Positions 38,263 to 48,165 of a stretch of 50,481 nt of DNA are shown piece after piece. The position numbers and the translations under genes are program-made. The notes below the pieces were generated by a model. It worked only from the letters and a program-made list of their open reading frames with translations. It did no database searches and had not been told where the DNA came from. The DNA comes from Eubacteriales bacterium. GTDB lineage: Bacteria; Bacillota; Clostridia; Oscillospirales; CAG-272. Position 1 is the first letter of the stretch, and every line of letters begins with the position of its first letter. The stretch is taken from positions 1 to 50,481 of the forward strand of contig JAZSGQ010000023.1 in the NCBI GenBank assembly GCA_045532805.1, in the 5' to 3' direction.

Positions 38263-40125
38263 ATGAAGCAATCCACAAAAATCGCCGTCATCGGTGCGGG
38301 ACACGCAGGCATCGAAGCGGCACTCGCCGCCGCCCGCATGGGACTGGACACGATCCTGTTCACCATTTCGCTGGAATCGGTGGCCAATATGCCCTGTAAT
38401 CCTTCTATCGGAGGCACCGCCAAGGGACATCTCGTGTATGAGATCGACGCACTGGGCGGCGAAATGGGACGTGCGGCCGACGCCGTGACACTCCAATCGC
38501 GCACCCTGAACCTCGGCAAGGGCGCCGCCGTGCACAGCAAGCGCGTGCAAGCGGACAGAAAACACTATCATTTATATATGAAGGCGCTCCTGGAGCGCAC
38601 CCCCAATCTGCGCCTCGTCCAAGCCGAGATCACCGACGTGCTCACCGAAAACGGAAAGGTCACGGGAGTACGCACACGCCTTGGCGAGGAGTTTGCGTGC
38701 AAGGCCGCGATCGTGGCGGCAGGCACGTATCTGGAAAGCCGCATCTTTACGGGTAATGCGAGTTTTGAAAGCGGTCCCGACGGCTTTTTGCCCGCCAAGG
38801 GACTCTCCGCATCGCTCTCCTCTCTTGGCATCAAACTGATGCGCTTCAAAACGGGCACGCCCGCGCGCATCAACCGCCGCTCGGTTGACTTTTCTAAATT
38901 AGAGGAGCAAGCGGGGGAGGAGGGAGGACTTCCCTATTCCTATTACACCCCCGAAAACTATCTGGAGGGCACGGAGCAACTTCCCTGCCATATTCTTTAC
39001 ACCGGTGAGGAAACACACCGCATTATTCGCGAAAACCTGACCCGTTCCGCTATGTACGGCGGTCATATCCACGGCGTTGGACCGCGCTACTGCCCCTCGA
39101 TCGAGGACAAGGTGGTGCGCTTTGCCGACAAGGAGCGGCACCAGTTGTTCCTTGAGCCCATCGGGCGCGATACGGACGAGTTGTACCTGCAGGGCTTCTC
39201 CACCTCGATGCCCACCGACGTGCAGTATGAGATGCTCCACAGTCTCAAGGGACTCGAGCACGCGGAAATGCTCCGCTACGCCTACGCCATTGAATACGAT
39301 TGCTGTGACCCCACAGCTCTGCTCCCGACACTGGAATTCCGCGATCTTGAAGGTCTTTACGGTGCAGGACAGTTCAACGGCACCTCGGGCTACGAGGAAG
39401 CAGCCGCGCAGGGTCTTGTCGCAGGCATCAACGCGGCACTGAAAATAAAAGGCGAAGAGCCCTTGATCCTGCACCGCACGGATTCCTATATCGGCACGCT
39501 GATTGACGATCTGATCACCAAGGGTACGAACGAGCCCTACCGCATGATGACCTCGCGCTCGGAATATCGGCTTCTGCTCCGCCAGGACAACGCCGACGCG
39601 CGTCTGACACCCAAAGGTCGGCGCGTGGGGCTCATTGATGACGAGCGCTTTGCCGCGTTTGAAGAAAAGCAACGCCGCATCGCCGCAGAGATCGCACGCC
39701 TGGAGTCAACGCACCTGTCCCCCGCCAAGGCGGCTCCGCTCCTTTCGGAGCTGGGGCTCCCCCCGCTTACATCAGGCGCATCACTGGCCGATCTCCTGCG
39801 CCGCCCGGGTATCACCTATGCCCTTCTCGCCCCTCTGGACGAGGCGCGCCCCACGCTCTCGCGTGCCGAAGCGCTCTGTGCAGAGGTTCAGCTCAAATAC
39901 GCGGGCTATATCCAGCGCCAGCTTGCCGAGGTGGCAAAACAAGAACGCCTGGAATCGCGTCCTCTGCCCGCCGACCTTGACTACCGCACGATCACGGGAC
40001 TGCGGCTCGAGGCCGCCCAGAAATTGCAGGAGCGCCGCCCCCTCACCGTGGGAGGTGCCTCGCGCATCAGTGGCGTCAGTCCCGCCGACATCTCTGTCCT
40101 GCTCATTTATCTGGGACTCCGCTGA
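38263..40125 (+). CDS. mnmG: tRNA U34 carboxymethylaminomethyl modification enzyme MnmG (GidA)
   Basis: VIGAGHAGIEAA, CNPSIGG, RFKTGTP, GPRYCPSIEDK, AGQFNGTSGYEEAAAQG. Confidence 0.98.
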   Translation: MKQSTKIAVIGAGHAGIEAALAAARMGLDTILFTISLESVANMPCNPSIGGTAKGHLVYEIDALGGEMGRAADAVTLQSRTLNLGKGAAVHSKRVQADRKHYHLYMKALLERTPNLRLVQAEITDVLTENGKVTGVRTRLGEEFACKAAIVAAGTYLESRIFTGNASFESGPDGFLPAKGLSASLSSLGIKLMRFKTGTPARINRRSVDFSKLEEQAGEEGGLPYSYYTPENYLEGTEQLPCHILYTGEETHRIIRENLTRSAMYGGHIHGVGPRYCPSIEDKVVRFADKERHQLFLEPIGRDTDELYLQGFSTSMPTDVQYEMLHSLKGLEHAEMLRYAYAIEYDCCDPTALLPTLEFRDLEGLYGAGQFNGTSGYEEAAAQGLVAGINAALKIKGEEPLILHRTDSYIGTLIDDLITKGTNEPYRMMTSRSEYRLLLRQDNADARLTPKGRRVGLIDDERFAAFEEKQRRIAAEIARLESTHLSPAKAAPLLSELGLPPLTSGASLADLLRRPGITYALLAPLDEARPTLSRAEALCAEVQLKYAGYIQRQLAEVAKQERLESRPLPADLDYRTITGLRLEAAQKLQERRPLTVGGASRISGVSPADISVLLIYLGLR

Positions 40126-40205
40126 TTTTTCATTTACCCCCTGAACGGTATGAGTTTTTGCCGTTTTCTGGACAAAAAAGCAACACGAAAGGTACTTCCT
40201 TCAAT

Positions 40206-40937
40206 ATGATGGATTTTTCGGAATTTTCCGCCATTTTTCACACCGTTATGGCACATAATGCGCAAGAATGCTTTGCCACCGAGCCGTTGGCCGCCAAATT
40301 TCACGCACTGACCGAGCGCATGCTCGAAGTCAATGAATATATGAATCTGACGGCCATCAAGGAGCCGCGCGCCGTGATTCTGCGCCATTTCGCCGATTCG
40401 CTCACCGTGGAACCGTTTTTGCCGCAAAACGCGCGCGTGGCGGACATCGGGTGCGGTGCGGGCTTCCCCTCGTTGCCGCTTGCCATTTGCCGCCCCGATC
40501 TGCGCATTCTCTCGCTTGACAGCACCGCCAAGCGCATTCGCTACGTCGCCGAGACCGCAGAACTGCTTGACTGCCAAAACGTCGAGGCCGTTGCCATGCG
40601 CGCCGAGGAGGGCGGAAAAGGCCGCTACCGCGAGCGTTTTGACGTCTGCACGGCGCGCGCCGTGGCCGCACTGCCTGTTCTTGCAGAACTTTGCTTGCCC
40701 TTTGTACGTACAGGAGGCAAATTTCTCGCCATGAAGGCGCGTCGGGGCGAGGAGGAGTGGGAGAGTGCCGAGCGCGCCGTCCATCGCCTTGGAGGCCGCC
40801 TTGTCGCCCGACACAACGTGACGCTCTGCGACGGTGACGAGGAGGACGAGCGTCTGATCCTAGAGATCGAAAAGGTGAGACCCACACCGCCCGAATTTCC
40901 CCGCGCCTTTGCCAAGATCACAAAGTCGCCGCTTTGA
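40206..40937 (+). CDS. rsmG: 16S rRNA m7G527 methyltransferase (GidB)
   Basis: MNLTAI, HFADSL, DIGCGAGFP, TARAVA. Confidence 0.95.
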   Translation: MMDFSEFSAIFHTVMAHNAQECFATEPLAAKFHALTERMLEVNEYMNLTAIKEPRAVILRHFADSLTVEPFLPQNARVADIGCGAGFPSLPLAICRPDLRILSLDSTAKRIRYVAETAELLDCQNVEAVAMRAEEGGKGRYRERFDVCTARAVAALPVLAELCLPFVRTGGKFLAMKARRGEEEWESAERAVHRLGGRLVARHNVTLCDGDEEDERLILEIEKVRPTPPEFPRAFAKITKSPL

Positions 40938-40981
40938 CGCGCAATTAAAAACCCACCGTCAAAACTGCGTTTCTTCAACAC

Positions 40982-41012
40982 AACCCCACCCGTTGCCTTG
41001 GGTGGGGTTTTC
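40982..41012 (+). terminator. Intrinsic terminator
   Basis: AACCCCACCC...GGGTGGGGTTTTCT. Confidence 0.65.
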
Positions 41013-41194
41013 TTTGCCGATTCTTCATACACGCATCCGTGCGTTTCTTTTGTGGGAGCGGTCTTTTGCCGATTGCCAATCCTTGTATTTCCTGTGCTTT
41101 TTCTTTATGCGTTTCCATTATTTACCATTTTTGTGACAAAATTCGCGTACTTGTCCTGATATAATGGGGATAACACATCAAAAGGAGTGCTATC

Positions 41195-42139
41195 ATGCAG
41201 GATTACTATATGCCAACGCGCCCAAAAGAGGAATATGAGCCGTTTTTACCCACCGCACGCGCACAAACAGGCGTCATTCTCTTTCTGCGCCCCGGTCAGA
41301 TCATTCTGTCGACGGGTACAAAGAGAACGAAAAGCAGGAATTACGTCATCCGTTTGGCGGAATCCATCAAGCGATACGGCCTACTCGAGCCGTTGCAAGT
41401 GCGATTATTGCACGGCGTGAACGGAGAGATCCTGTACGAGTTGTGCGAAGGTAGCGAACTCCCCTTTCAGGCGGCTTGCCTTGCGGGAATGGACAAGCTC
41501 CCATGCGTGATCCCGCAAGAAAGCGAAAAAACAAGGGGTTCAGAGGAGATTTTCGCCCAAATTCGGCAAAAAAAGCTACATATGTTCGACCAAGCGGCCG
41601 CTTTTCGCGTCTTATTACAGGAATACAACCTGACACAAGGTGAAATTGCAGAGCGCCTGGACATTTCCCAATCCGCCGTCGCCAACAAACTCCGCCTTTT
41701 GGGTCTTTCTGCCGAGGAAAGACGTGAGATTCTGCAAGGAAACCTCTCAGAGCGGCACGCACGCGCCATTTTGCGCCTGAAAACGCACGAGGACCGCACC
41801 AAAACCATACGCACGATCCGAGAAAACCGTCTGACCGTAGCCGCAACCGAGGAATTGATTGAGGAAATGCTAAACAAGCACCTCACGCAGACCGCACACG
41901 CGCGCGAGTTTCCCGTAAATACCGCCGCGCAGACACCGTCACTCTTTGAGGAATCCACACCCACTTACGAAACCGTACAGCCGCGCAAATTCGTGCTCAA
42001 AAGCCTGCAACCCTTGTACAACTCCATCGACCGCACGCTTTCTATTTTCAAAAAGACGGGGTGCGAGGCGCAAGTAAGCCGCGAAGAAAGCCCCGACGGG
42101 GTCTGTATCACCATTAAGATCCCCGCCAGAGGTCAATAA
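41195..42139 (+). CDS. Noc-like ParB paralogue with degenerate CTPase motif
   Basis: LAESIKRYGLLEPL; HTH LTQGEIAERLDISQSAVANKLRLL; LSERHARAIL; Noc-like C-terminus; sits between rsmG and parA. Confidence 0.8.
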   Translation: MQDYYMPTRPKEEYEPFLPTARAQTGVILFLRPGQIILSTGTKRTKSRNYVIRLAESIKRYGLLEPLQVRLLHGVNGEILYELCEGSELPFQAACLAGMDKLPCVIPQESEKTRGSEEIFAQIRQKKLHMFDQAAAFRVLLQEYNLTQGEIAERLDISQSAVANKLRLLGLSAEERREILQGNLSERHARAILRLKTHEDRTKTIRTIRENRLTVAATEELIEEMLNKHLTQTAHAREFPVNTAAQTPSLFEESTPTYETVQPRKFVLKSLQPLYNSIDRTLSIFKKTGCEAQVSREESPDGVCITIKIPARGQ

Positions 42140-42150
42140 AACCGACAAAG

Positions 42151-42294
42151 AGTTTCACGTGAAACACCATTTTGTTTCCGTGGGACTCTTTTTTGTTTCA
42201 CGTGAAACACAAGTTTAAGAAGCCGCCGATTCCGTTTCACGTGAAACATAATTCTTTACCGCCGTCCCCCGGGTGTCGCGTTTCACGTGAAACA
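42151..42294. promoter_or_regulatory. Array of four parS centromere sites
   Basis: NGTTTCACGTGAAACA at 42151, 42194, 42233 and 42279, matching the B. subtilis-type parS consensus TGTTNCACGTGAAACA. Confidence 0.92.
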
Positions 42295-42322
42295 AAATGC
42301 GGCAAAAAATGCGGAAAACATA

Positions 42323-42351
42323 TTGCAAAACAGGGAATAAGGTGCTATAAT
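42323..42351 (+). promoter_or_regulatory. SigA promoter of parAB-serS
   Basis: TTGCAA-17 bp-TATAAT with extended TG. Confidence 0.75.
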
Positions 42352-42414
42352 ATTGCCAAGGATAGAGTTTGAGTGATATCCACCCCCACTAAAACCCAAG
42401 GAAAGGAGCGCGGC

Positions 42415-43176
42415 ATGGGCAGAATCATCGCATTAGCCAACCAAAAAGGCGGCGTGGGCAAGACCACCTCTGCCGTGAATCTGGCCGCAAGTCTCGGCAC
42501 TTTGGGTTATCGGGTGCTTTTGGCGGATCTCGACCCACAGGGAAGCGCCACCAGTAGTCTTGGCGTCGCAAAGAAAGCCCTGCGCTTCTCGGTTGCCGAT
42601 CTTTTGATCGGCGGTTGCCGCGCGGCAGATGCGATTCTTTCTACTCCCTTCAAAAATCTCGACCTTTTGCCCGCCAACATCGCTTTGGCGGCCACGGAAT
42701 ACGATTTGTTGGAGGGCGACGGCGCAGAAGGACACCTGCGAGAGGTGCTTTTGCCCCTGAAGGCCGACTATGACTTCATTATACTGGACTGTCCGCCCTC
42801 GCTCGGTATGCTCACCGTCAACGCCATGGTGGCGGCAGACGGCGTTGTAATCCCGATGCAGTGCGAATTTTTCGCCCTGGAGGGCCTTTCCCAACTGATG
42901 ATGACGATCAATCGCATGAAGAAGCGGTATCGCCCCAATCTGATGGTGGTGGGTATCCTGGTCACCATGTACAACGGACGGCTTTTGCTTTCCTCACAGG
43001 TGATGACCGAACTCAAAAAGCACTACGGAGAGCGCGTATTCGACACCACGATCTCGCGCAACGTCAAACTGTCCGAGGCACCCGGCTTCGGTGTGCCCGT
43101 ATATTACCACGATAAAAGCGCCAAGGGTGCAAAGGAATACGTGCGCGCGGCAAAAGAACTGTTGGAGCGCATATAA
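42415..43176 (+). CDS. parA: Chromosome partitioning ATPase ParA/Soj
   Basis: NQKGGVGKTT, DLDPQG, DCPPSLG, QCEFFALEGL, RNVKLSEAP. Confidence 0.96.
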   Translation: MGRIIALANQKGGVGKTTSAVNLAASLGTLGYRVLLADLDPQGSATSSLGVAKKALRFSVADLLIGGCRAADAILSTPFKNLDLLPANIALAATEYDLLEGDGAEGHLREVLLPLKADYDFIILDCPPSLGMLTVNAMVAADGVVIPMQCEFFALEGLSQLMMTINRMKKRYRPNLMVVGILVTMYNGRLLLSSQVMTELKKHYGERVFDTTISRNVKLSEAPGFGVPVYYHDKSAKGAKEYVRAAKELLERI

Positions 43177-43192
43177 AAAAGGAGGAGAAGCA

Positions 43193-44080
43193 ATGGCAAA
43201 GAAACCCGGAGGTCTTGGCAGAGACTTTTACGCAATATTGGACGACAATATTATGGATATGAAGGAAGGTGCGGCCACCACACTGCGCATTTCCGAGATC
43301 GAGCCCCGCGCCGATCAGCCCCGCAAGCAGTTTGAGAAGGAATCCCTGGAGGCACTGGCCGATTCGATCGCCGCATACGGCGTGTTGCAGCCCATTCTGG
43401 TGCGCCAGAACCCTAATTTCGAAGGGTCTTTTGAGATTATCGCAGGCGAGCGCCGTTGGAGAGCTGCTAAAATGGCAGGCCTCACCGAAATTCCCGCCGT
43501 TATCCTGGACGGCGATGACCTCAAGACCGCGCAGATCGCAGTCATTGAGAACGTACAGCGCGAAGATTTGAACGTCGTGGAAGAAGCATTCGCTTACCGC
43601 GCACTGATCGAACGCTTTGGTCTGACGCAGGATCAGGTAGCAAAGCAGGTGGGCAAGTCCCGTCCCGCTATCGCAAACCTTCTGCGCCTGCTTGACCTGC
43701 CCGACGAGGTGCTGGAGCAACTCAAGGAGGGTGACATCACCGCAGGACACGCAAGAGCCCTGCTGGGTCTCACCGATCCCGAGAAGATCGTGCCCCTTGC
43801 CAACCGCATCATCGCGAAGAACCTCTCTGTGCGCGAGGTAGAGATCATCGTGCGCAAAGAAAACACCGAGCCCGCACCCGAAGTCGCCGACATCGAAGGC
43901 CACGTACAGAACCGTGCCTGGATGCTGGATCTGGAGCGTCGCACCAGAGAAACCCTCGGACGCAAAGTGAAAATCACCCAAAACAACAAAAAGAAATCCA
44001 TTGAGCTGTATTACGAGGACAATGACGATATGGAAGCATTGCTCCTTGCGCTGTGCGGCCCCGATTTTTTCAAGGAATAA
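43193..44080 (+). CDS. parB: Chromosome partitioning protein ParB/Spo0J
   Basis: GLGR N-terminus, QPRK, IAGERRWRAA, IENVQREDLN, KSRPAIANLLRLL. Confidence 0.96.
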   Translation: MAKKPGGLGRDFYAILDDNIMDMKEGAATTLRISEIEPRADQPRKQFEKESLEALADSIAAYGVLQPILVRQNPNFEGSFEIIAGERRWRAAKMAGLTEIPAVILDGDDLKTAQIAVIENVQREDLNVVEEAFAYRALIERFGLTQDQVAKQVGKSRPAIANLLRLLDLPDEVLEQLKEGDITAGHARALLGLTDPEKIVPLANRIIAKNLSVREVEIIVRKENTEPAPEVADIEGHVQNRAWMLDLERRTRETLGRKVKITQNNKKKSIELYYEDNDDMEALLLALCGPDFFKE

Positions 44081-44095
44081 AAGAAAGGAACTCTT

Positions 44096-45376
44096 ATGTT
44101 AGACATTAAGTGGATCAAAGAAAACGCCGCATACGCAAAAGAAAGACTGGCTACCCGTCAAAAGGATTACAGCGCAGAGATCGACAGATTGCTCGAACTC
44201 GACGTAGAACGCCGTGCTCTGATTGCAGACACCGAAACCAAAAAGGCAGAACAGAACAGAATCTCCAAGAGCATTCCTCAAATGAAAAAGGAAGGCAAGG
44301 ACGTTGCCCCGATTTTTGCCGAAATGAAGGCGCTTTCCGACACGGTAAAGGCCGAAACCGAGAAGATCAGCGGTATTGATGCCGAAATTGAGGGCATTCT
44401 GCTCTCGATCCCCAACGTGCCCAACGAAAAGGTGCCCGTAGGCAAGGACGATACCGAGAACGCAGAACTTCGCCGCTGGAGCGAGCCCCGCACCTTCGGC
44501 TTTGTGCCCAAGCCCCACTGGGATCTCGGCCGCGAGTTGGAGATCCTGGATCCCGACACCGCCGCAAAGGTTACGGGCACGCGCTTCCACTTCTACCGCG
44601 GTCTTGGCGCAAGACTGGAGCGCGCCGTGATCAGCTACTACCTGGATACGCACACTGAGCACGGCTACACCGAGGTATTTCCTCCCTTCATGGTCAACCG
44701 CGACTCCATGCGCGGCACGGGCCAGCTCCCCAAGTTTGAGGAGGACGCCTTCCGCGTGGCCAACAACGATTGCTTCCTCATTCCCACGGCAGAGGTTCCC
44801 GTCACCAATATGCACCGCGACGATATCCTGAACGGCGCCGATCTGCCCATTTGCTACTGCGCTTACTCCGCTTGTTTCCGCGCAGAGGCGGGCTCCGCAG
44901 GCCGCGACACCAGAGGCCTGATCCGTCAGCACCAGTTCAACAAGGTGGAATTGGTAAAATTTACCACTCCCGAGACCTCTTACGAGGAACTTGAGAAACT
45001 CACGAACGATGCAGAGCGCGTCCTGCAGGGCCTGGGCCTGCCCTACCGCGTGGTACGTCTGTCCACGGGCGATCTCGGCTTCTCCAGTGCCATGACCTAC
45101 GATATCGAGGTCTGGATGCCCTCTTACAACCGCTACGTGGAGATCTCCTCCTGCTCGGACTTCGAGGACTACCAGGCACGCCGTGCCAATATCCGCTACC
45201 GCGAAACGCCCAAGGATAAGCCCCGTCTTGTCCACACGCTCAACGGCTCGGGTGTCGCAGTCGGACGTACGGTTGCCGCCATTCTGGAGAACTATCAGAA
45301 CGAAGACGGCTCCGTCACCGTGCCCGAGGCACTCCGCCGCTATATGGGCTGTGACGTGATCCGCCCCGCAAAGTGA
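44096..45376 (+). CDS. serS: Serine-tRNA ligase
   Basis: [48 protein letters not shown]. Confidence 0.98.
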   Translation: MLDIKWIKENAAYAKERLATRQKDYSAEIDRLLELDVERRALIADTETKKAEQNRISKSIPQMKKEGKDVAPIFAEMKALSDTVKAETEKISGIDAEIEGILLSIPNVPNEKVPVGKDDTENAELRRWSEPRTFGFVPKPHWDLGRELEILDPDTAAKVTGTRFHFYRGLGARLERAVISYYLDTHTEHGYTEVFPPFMVNRDSMRGTGQLPKFEEDAFRVANNDCFLIPTAEVPVTNMHRDDILNGADLPICYCAYSACFRAEAGSAGRDTRGLIRQHQFNKVELVKFTTPETSYEELEKLTNDAERVLQGLGLPYRVVRLSTGDLGFSSAMTYDIEVWMPSYNRYVEISSCSDFEDYQARRANIRYRETPKDKPRLVHTLNGSGVAVGRTVAAILENYQNEDGSVTVPEALRRYMGCDVIRPAK

Positions 45377-45882
45377 TGCCCGTCGCCACCCACCTTGCCT
45401 CTTTTTTCAGAGTAACGGCAGAGGACTACGAGAAATTACACTTCTCCGAGTCGGACGCGCTCACCGCAACGCTGTTCATCTGGGGCATCTGCATCGGCAT
45501 CGTGCTCGCCGCGCTTTACACGCTGTATCAGCAAAAGGCGCTGGGCGGTGCCGTGCGCGCGATCCTGCGCGCCGAAGCGTTCTCCGAGGAGTGCGCCAAA
45601 ACCGTCGAGGAGTTGGGACTCCCGCCGCGCTCGCTTGCACGCCGCGCCCTGACGCGCGCCGGGGCCCTGCGAAGCGTTGTGTGCACCGTCCAAGGGGAGG
45701 ACGGGGATACCCGTTATTATATCCCCGAGGAGAGAAAGTACGCCGCAGATCTCCGTTTCGACAAACGGGAAAACAACGTCGCGGGCGTGGTGCTCACCGT
45801 CGTACTGGCCGTGGGACTTGCCCTTTTGCTCATTCGTTTCTTCCCCATGATCCTTGGCATGATCAACGGCTTGCTTTCATAA
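45376..45882 (+). CDS. Hypothetical two-TM membrane protein
   Basis: ORF overlapping the serS stop; N- and C-terminal hydrophobic helices. Confidence 0.65.
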   Translation: MPVATHLASFFRVTAEDYEKLHFSESDALTATLFIWGICIGIVLAALYTLYQQKALGGAVRAILRAEAFSEECAKTVEELGLPPRSLARRALTRAGALRSVVCTVQGEDGDTRYYIPEERKYAADLRFDKRENNVAGVVLTVVLAVGLALLLIRFFPMILGMINGLLS

Positions 45883-45890
45883 AAACACCC

Positions 45891-45923
45891 GCGGGTGAGT
45901 GCTTGACGCTCACCCGCTTTTTT
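45891..45923 (+). terminator. Intrinsic terminator
   Basis: GCGGGTGAGTG-CTTGA-CGCTCACCCGC followed by a T-tract. Confidence 0.75.
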
Positions 45924-45965
45924 AGTCATATTCACAACAAAACCGTTACATTTGTCACACATCGC

Positions 45966-45995
45966 TTGACAATATGGGAAAACAAGGAGTATAAT
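45966..45995 (+). promoter_or_regulatory. SigA promoter
   Basis: TTGACA-18 bp-TATAAT. Confidence 0.7.
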
Positions 45996-46046
45996 GGGGG
46001 TGATATCTCGCAATACCAATACCAGTTATAAAGAGAGGTATATCAA

Positions 46047-47750
46047 GTGAAAAAGTATTCCGTAAAAAAAAATCCCCGTATTTATACGCCCATCAATAAT
46101 TTCCGCCACCTGCTCTCGATCTGCGAGGGCCGCGTCGGCCGTCCCGCCTTCAAGTATCCGAAGGGCAAGGAGTTCATCACCGTCACCTACGATGAGTTTG
46201 CAAAAATGACCTATGCCGTGGCCGCCGGTCTCAAGGCAACAGGACTTGCGGGCAAACGCGTTGCCGTGATCGGCGAGACCTCTCCCGAGTGGGTCGCCGC
46301 CTATCTCGGTGTCGTGACAAGCGGTGGCGTGATCATTCCCATGGACAAGGAACTGGCCGTGAACGAGATCGAGGGCTTCCTTGCGGGCGTGGACGCCGAG
46401 GCGATCGTATATGCCCCCTCCTTCAACGAGAAATTCGCCGCTACCGTGGACACTCATCCCACGCTGAAGAAGTTTATCCCCATGAAATACGAGGGCGAGC
46501 AAACCGATAAGATCCTGCCCCTTGCCTCCCTTATGGAAGCAGGCAAGGCCGAGTTGGAGCGCGGCTACACACTTCCCGAGCGCGATTTTGAGAGTATGGC
46601 CATTATGCTCTTTACCTCGGGCACCACGGGCACGAGCAAGTGCGTGATGCTCAGCGAAAAGAACATCTGCTCCTGCGTGAACGCCGCCTGCGCGACCGTG
46701 AACTTCTCGAGTGAGGACGTCACGCTCTCGGTTCTTCCCCTGCATCACACCTACGAGCTCGCCATTATGATCGCGAGCCTGACGTACGGCATTATGGTCG
46801 GTATCAACGACACGCTTTCTCACCTGATGCGCAACCTGAAAGAGATCCGCCCCACAGGCCTTGTTCTCGTGCCGTTGTTCGTCAATACGATGTACAAGCG
46901 CATCATGACCGAGGCAAAGAAGAAGGGCAAGGATAAGCTGCTGAAGAATATGATCCCCGTATCCAACGGGCTGCGCCGCATCGGCTTGGATCTGCGCGGC
47001 AAGCTCTTTGCAAGCGTGCTGGAGGCCTTTGGCGGCAGACTTTGCAAGATCATCTGCGGCGGAGCTCCCTTAAACCCCGAAATGGTGCACAATTTCGAGG
47101 CGTTTGGCGTACAGATCTGCGAGGGCTACGGCATCACCGAATGCTCGCCGCTCATTTCCGTTGCTCCCTATTTTGACAACCGTCCCGGCTCCGTCGGCCC
47201 CGCCAGCCCCTCCTGCACCGTGCGCATCGCCGCCACGGGCAAGAACGATAAGGGCTTTGACGAGGGTGAGATCCAGGTCAAGGGCGACAACGTGATGCTC
47301 GGCTACTACAAGAACGAGGAGGCGAACGCCGCCGCCTTTACCGAGGACGGCTGGTACCGCACGGGTGACGTGGGCTACCTCGGCGCCGACGACTATATCT
47401 ATATCACGGGACGCCTGAAATCCGTCATCGTGCTGGAGAACGGCAAGAACGTGTTCCCCGAGGAGATCGAGGAATATCTGGAGGACATCGAGGAGATCGC
47501 CGAGAGCGTGGTGGTCGGCCGCAAGGCAGAGGATGGCGAGACCGTGGTGCTCACCGCCGTGGTTTTCCCCAACCGCGATATGTTCCCCGAGGGCACGGAC
47601 AACGATACGATCTACAAGACCATTTACGACAAGATCATGGAGCAGAACAAGCGCGTGGCTTCCTTCAAGAAGATCATGGCACTGGAGCTGCGTGAGACCG
47701 AGTTCGAAAAGACCACGTCCAGAAAGATCAAGAGACATCTGGTAAAATAA
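46047..47750 (+). CDS. Long-chain fatty-acid-CoA ligase (AMP-binding)
   Basis: FTSGTTGTSK, LPLHH, EGYGITE, GWYRTGD, GKNVFPEEIE. Confidence 0.9.
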   Translation: MKKYSVKKNPRIYTPINNFRHLLSICEGRVGRPAFKYPKGKEFITVTYDEFAKMTYAVAAGLKATGLAGKRVAVIGETSPEWVAAYLGVVTSGGVIIPMDKELAVNEIEGFLAGVDAEAIVYAPSFNEKFAATVDTHPTLKKFIPMKYEGEQTDKILPLASLMEAGKAELERGYTLPERDFESMAIMLFTSGTTGTSKCVMLSEKNICSCVNAACATVNFSSEDVTLSVLPLHHTYELAIMIASLTYGIMVGINDTLSHLMRNLKEIRPTGLVLVPLFVNTMYKRIMTEAKKKGKDKLLKNMIPVSNGLRRIGLDLRGKLFASVLEAFGGRLCKIICGGAPLNPEMVHNFEAFGVQICEGYGITECSPLISVAPYFDNRPGSVGPASPSCTVRIAATGKNDKGFDEGEIQVKGDNVMLGYYKNEEANAAAFTEDGWYRTGDVGYLGADDYIYITGRLKSVIVLENGKNVFPEEIEEYLEDIEEIAESVVVGRKAEDGETVVLTAVVFPNRDMFPEGTDNDTIYKTIYDKIMEQNKRVASFKKIMALELRETEFEKTTSRKIKRHLVK

Positions 47751-47756
47751 AAAACA

Positions 47757-47791
47757 CCCGCATCGCCGCATCGCGGCGATGCGGTTTCTTT
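47757..47791 (+). terminator. Intrinsic terminator
   Basis: CCGCATCGCCGC-ATC-GCGGCGATGCGG followed by TTTCTTT. Confidence 0.75.
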
Positions 47792-47819
47792 ATATTATAA
47801 TAAAATTTAGAAAAAACAC

Positions 47820-47848
47820 TTGACATGGGAGCGCCGTTGTGATATAAT
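47820..47848 (+). promoter_or_regulatory. SigA promoter of rpmG-secE-nusG
   Basis: TTGACA-17 bp-TATAAT with extended TG. Confidence 0.85.
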
Positions 47849-47979
47849 GCTTATTACCTCTGCGAGCGGGCTTTTTTGTCGTGCCCTGCGCCACCCGAAA
47901 AGGGAAGGGAACACCGCGGACGGAGGGAGGTACACGGATCTCTTGGATCCAAAAAATAAAATAGGAGGTGCCGAAAAAC

Positions 47980-48141
47980 ATGGCTAATGAAGCACGCGTC
48001 AAGGTTACTCTGGTGTGCACCGAGTGCAAGCAGAGAAACTACGACACAAAGAAGAACAAGAAGAACGATCCCGACAGACTCGAGATGAAAAAGCACTGCC
48101 GCTTCTGCAAGAAGCACACGCTTCACAGAGAGTCCAAGTAA
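47980..48141 (+). CDS. rpmG: 50S ribosomal protein L33, Zn-binding type (absent from the ORF track)
   Basis: [53 protein letters not shown] (53 aa); AGGAGG RBS. Confidence 0.96.
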   Translation: MANEARVKVTLVCTECKQRNYDTKKNKKNDPDRLEMKKHCRFCKKHTLHRESK

Positions 48142-48165
48142 TCACGGCGAAGGGAGTACAGAACA

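Noticed and set aside
42151-42294. Possible mini CRISPR array (palindromic repeats with unique spacers)
   Set aside because: Repeats are only 15-16 bp and match the parS consensus next to parAB; no cas genes
45944-45959. CRP/FNR-like site CGTTA-N6-TCACA upstream of the acyl-CoA ligase promoter
   Set aside because: Only one good half-site; cannot be distinguished from chance
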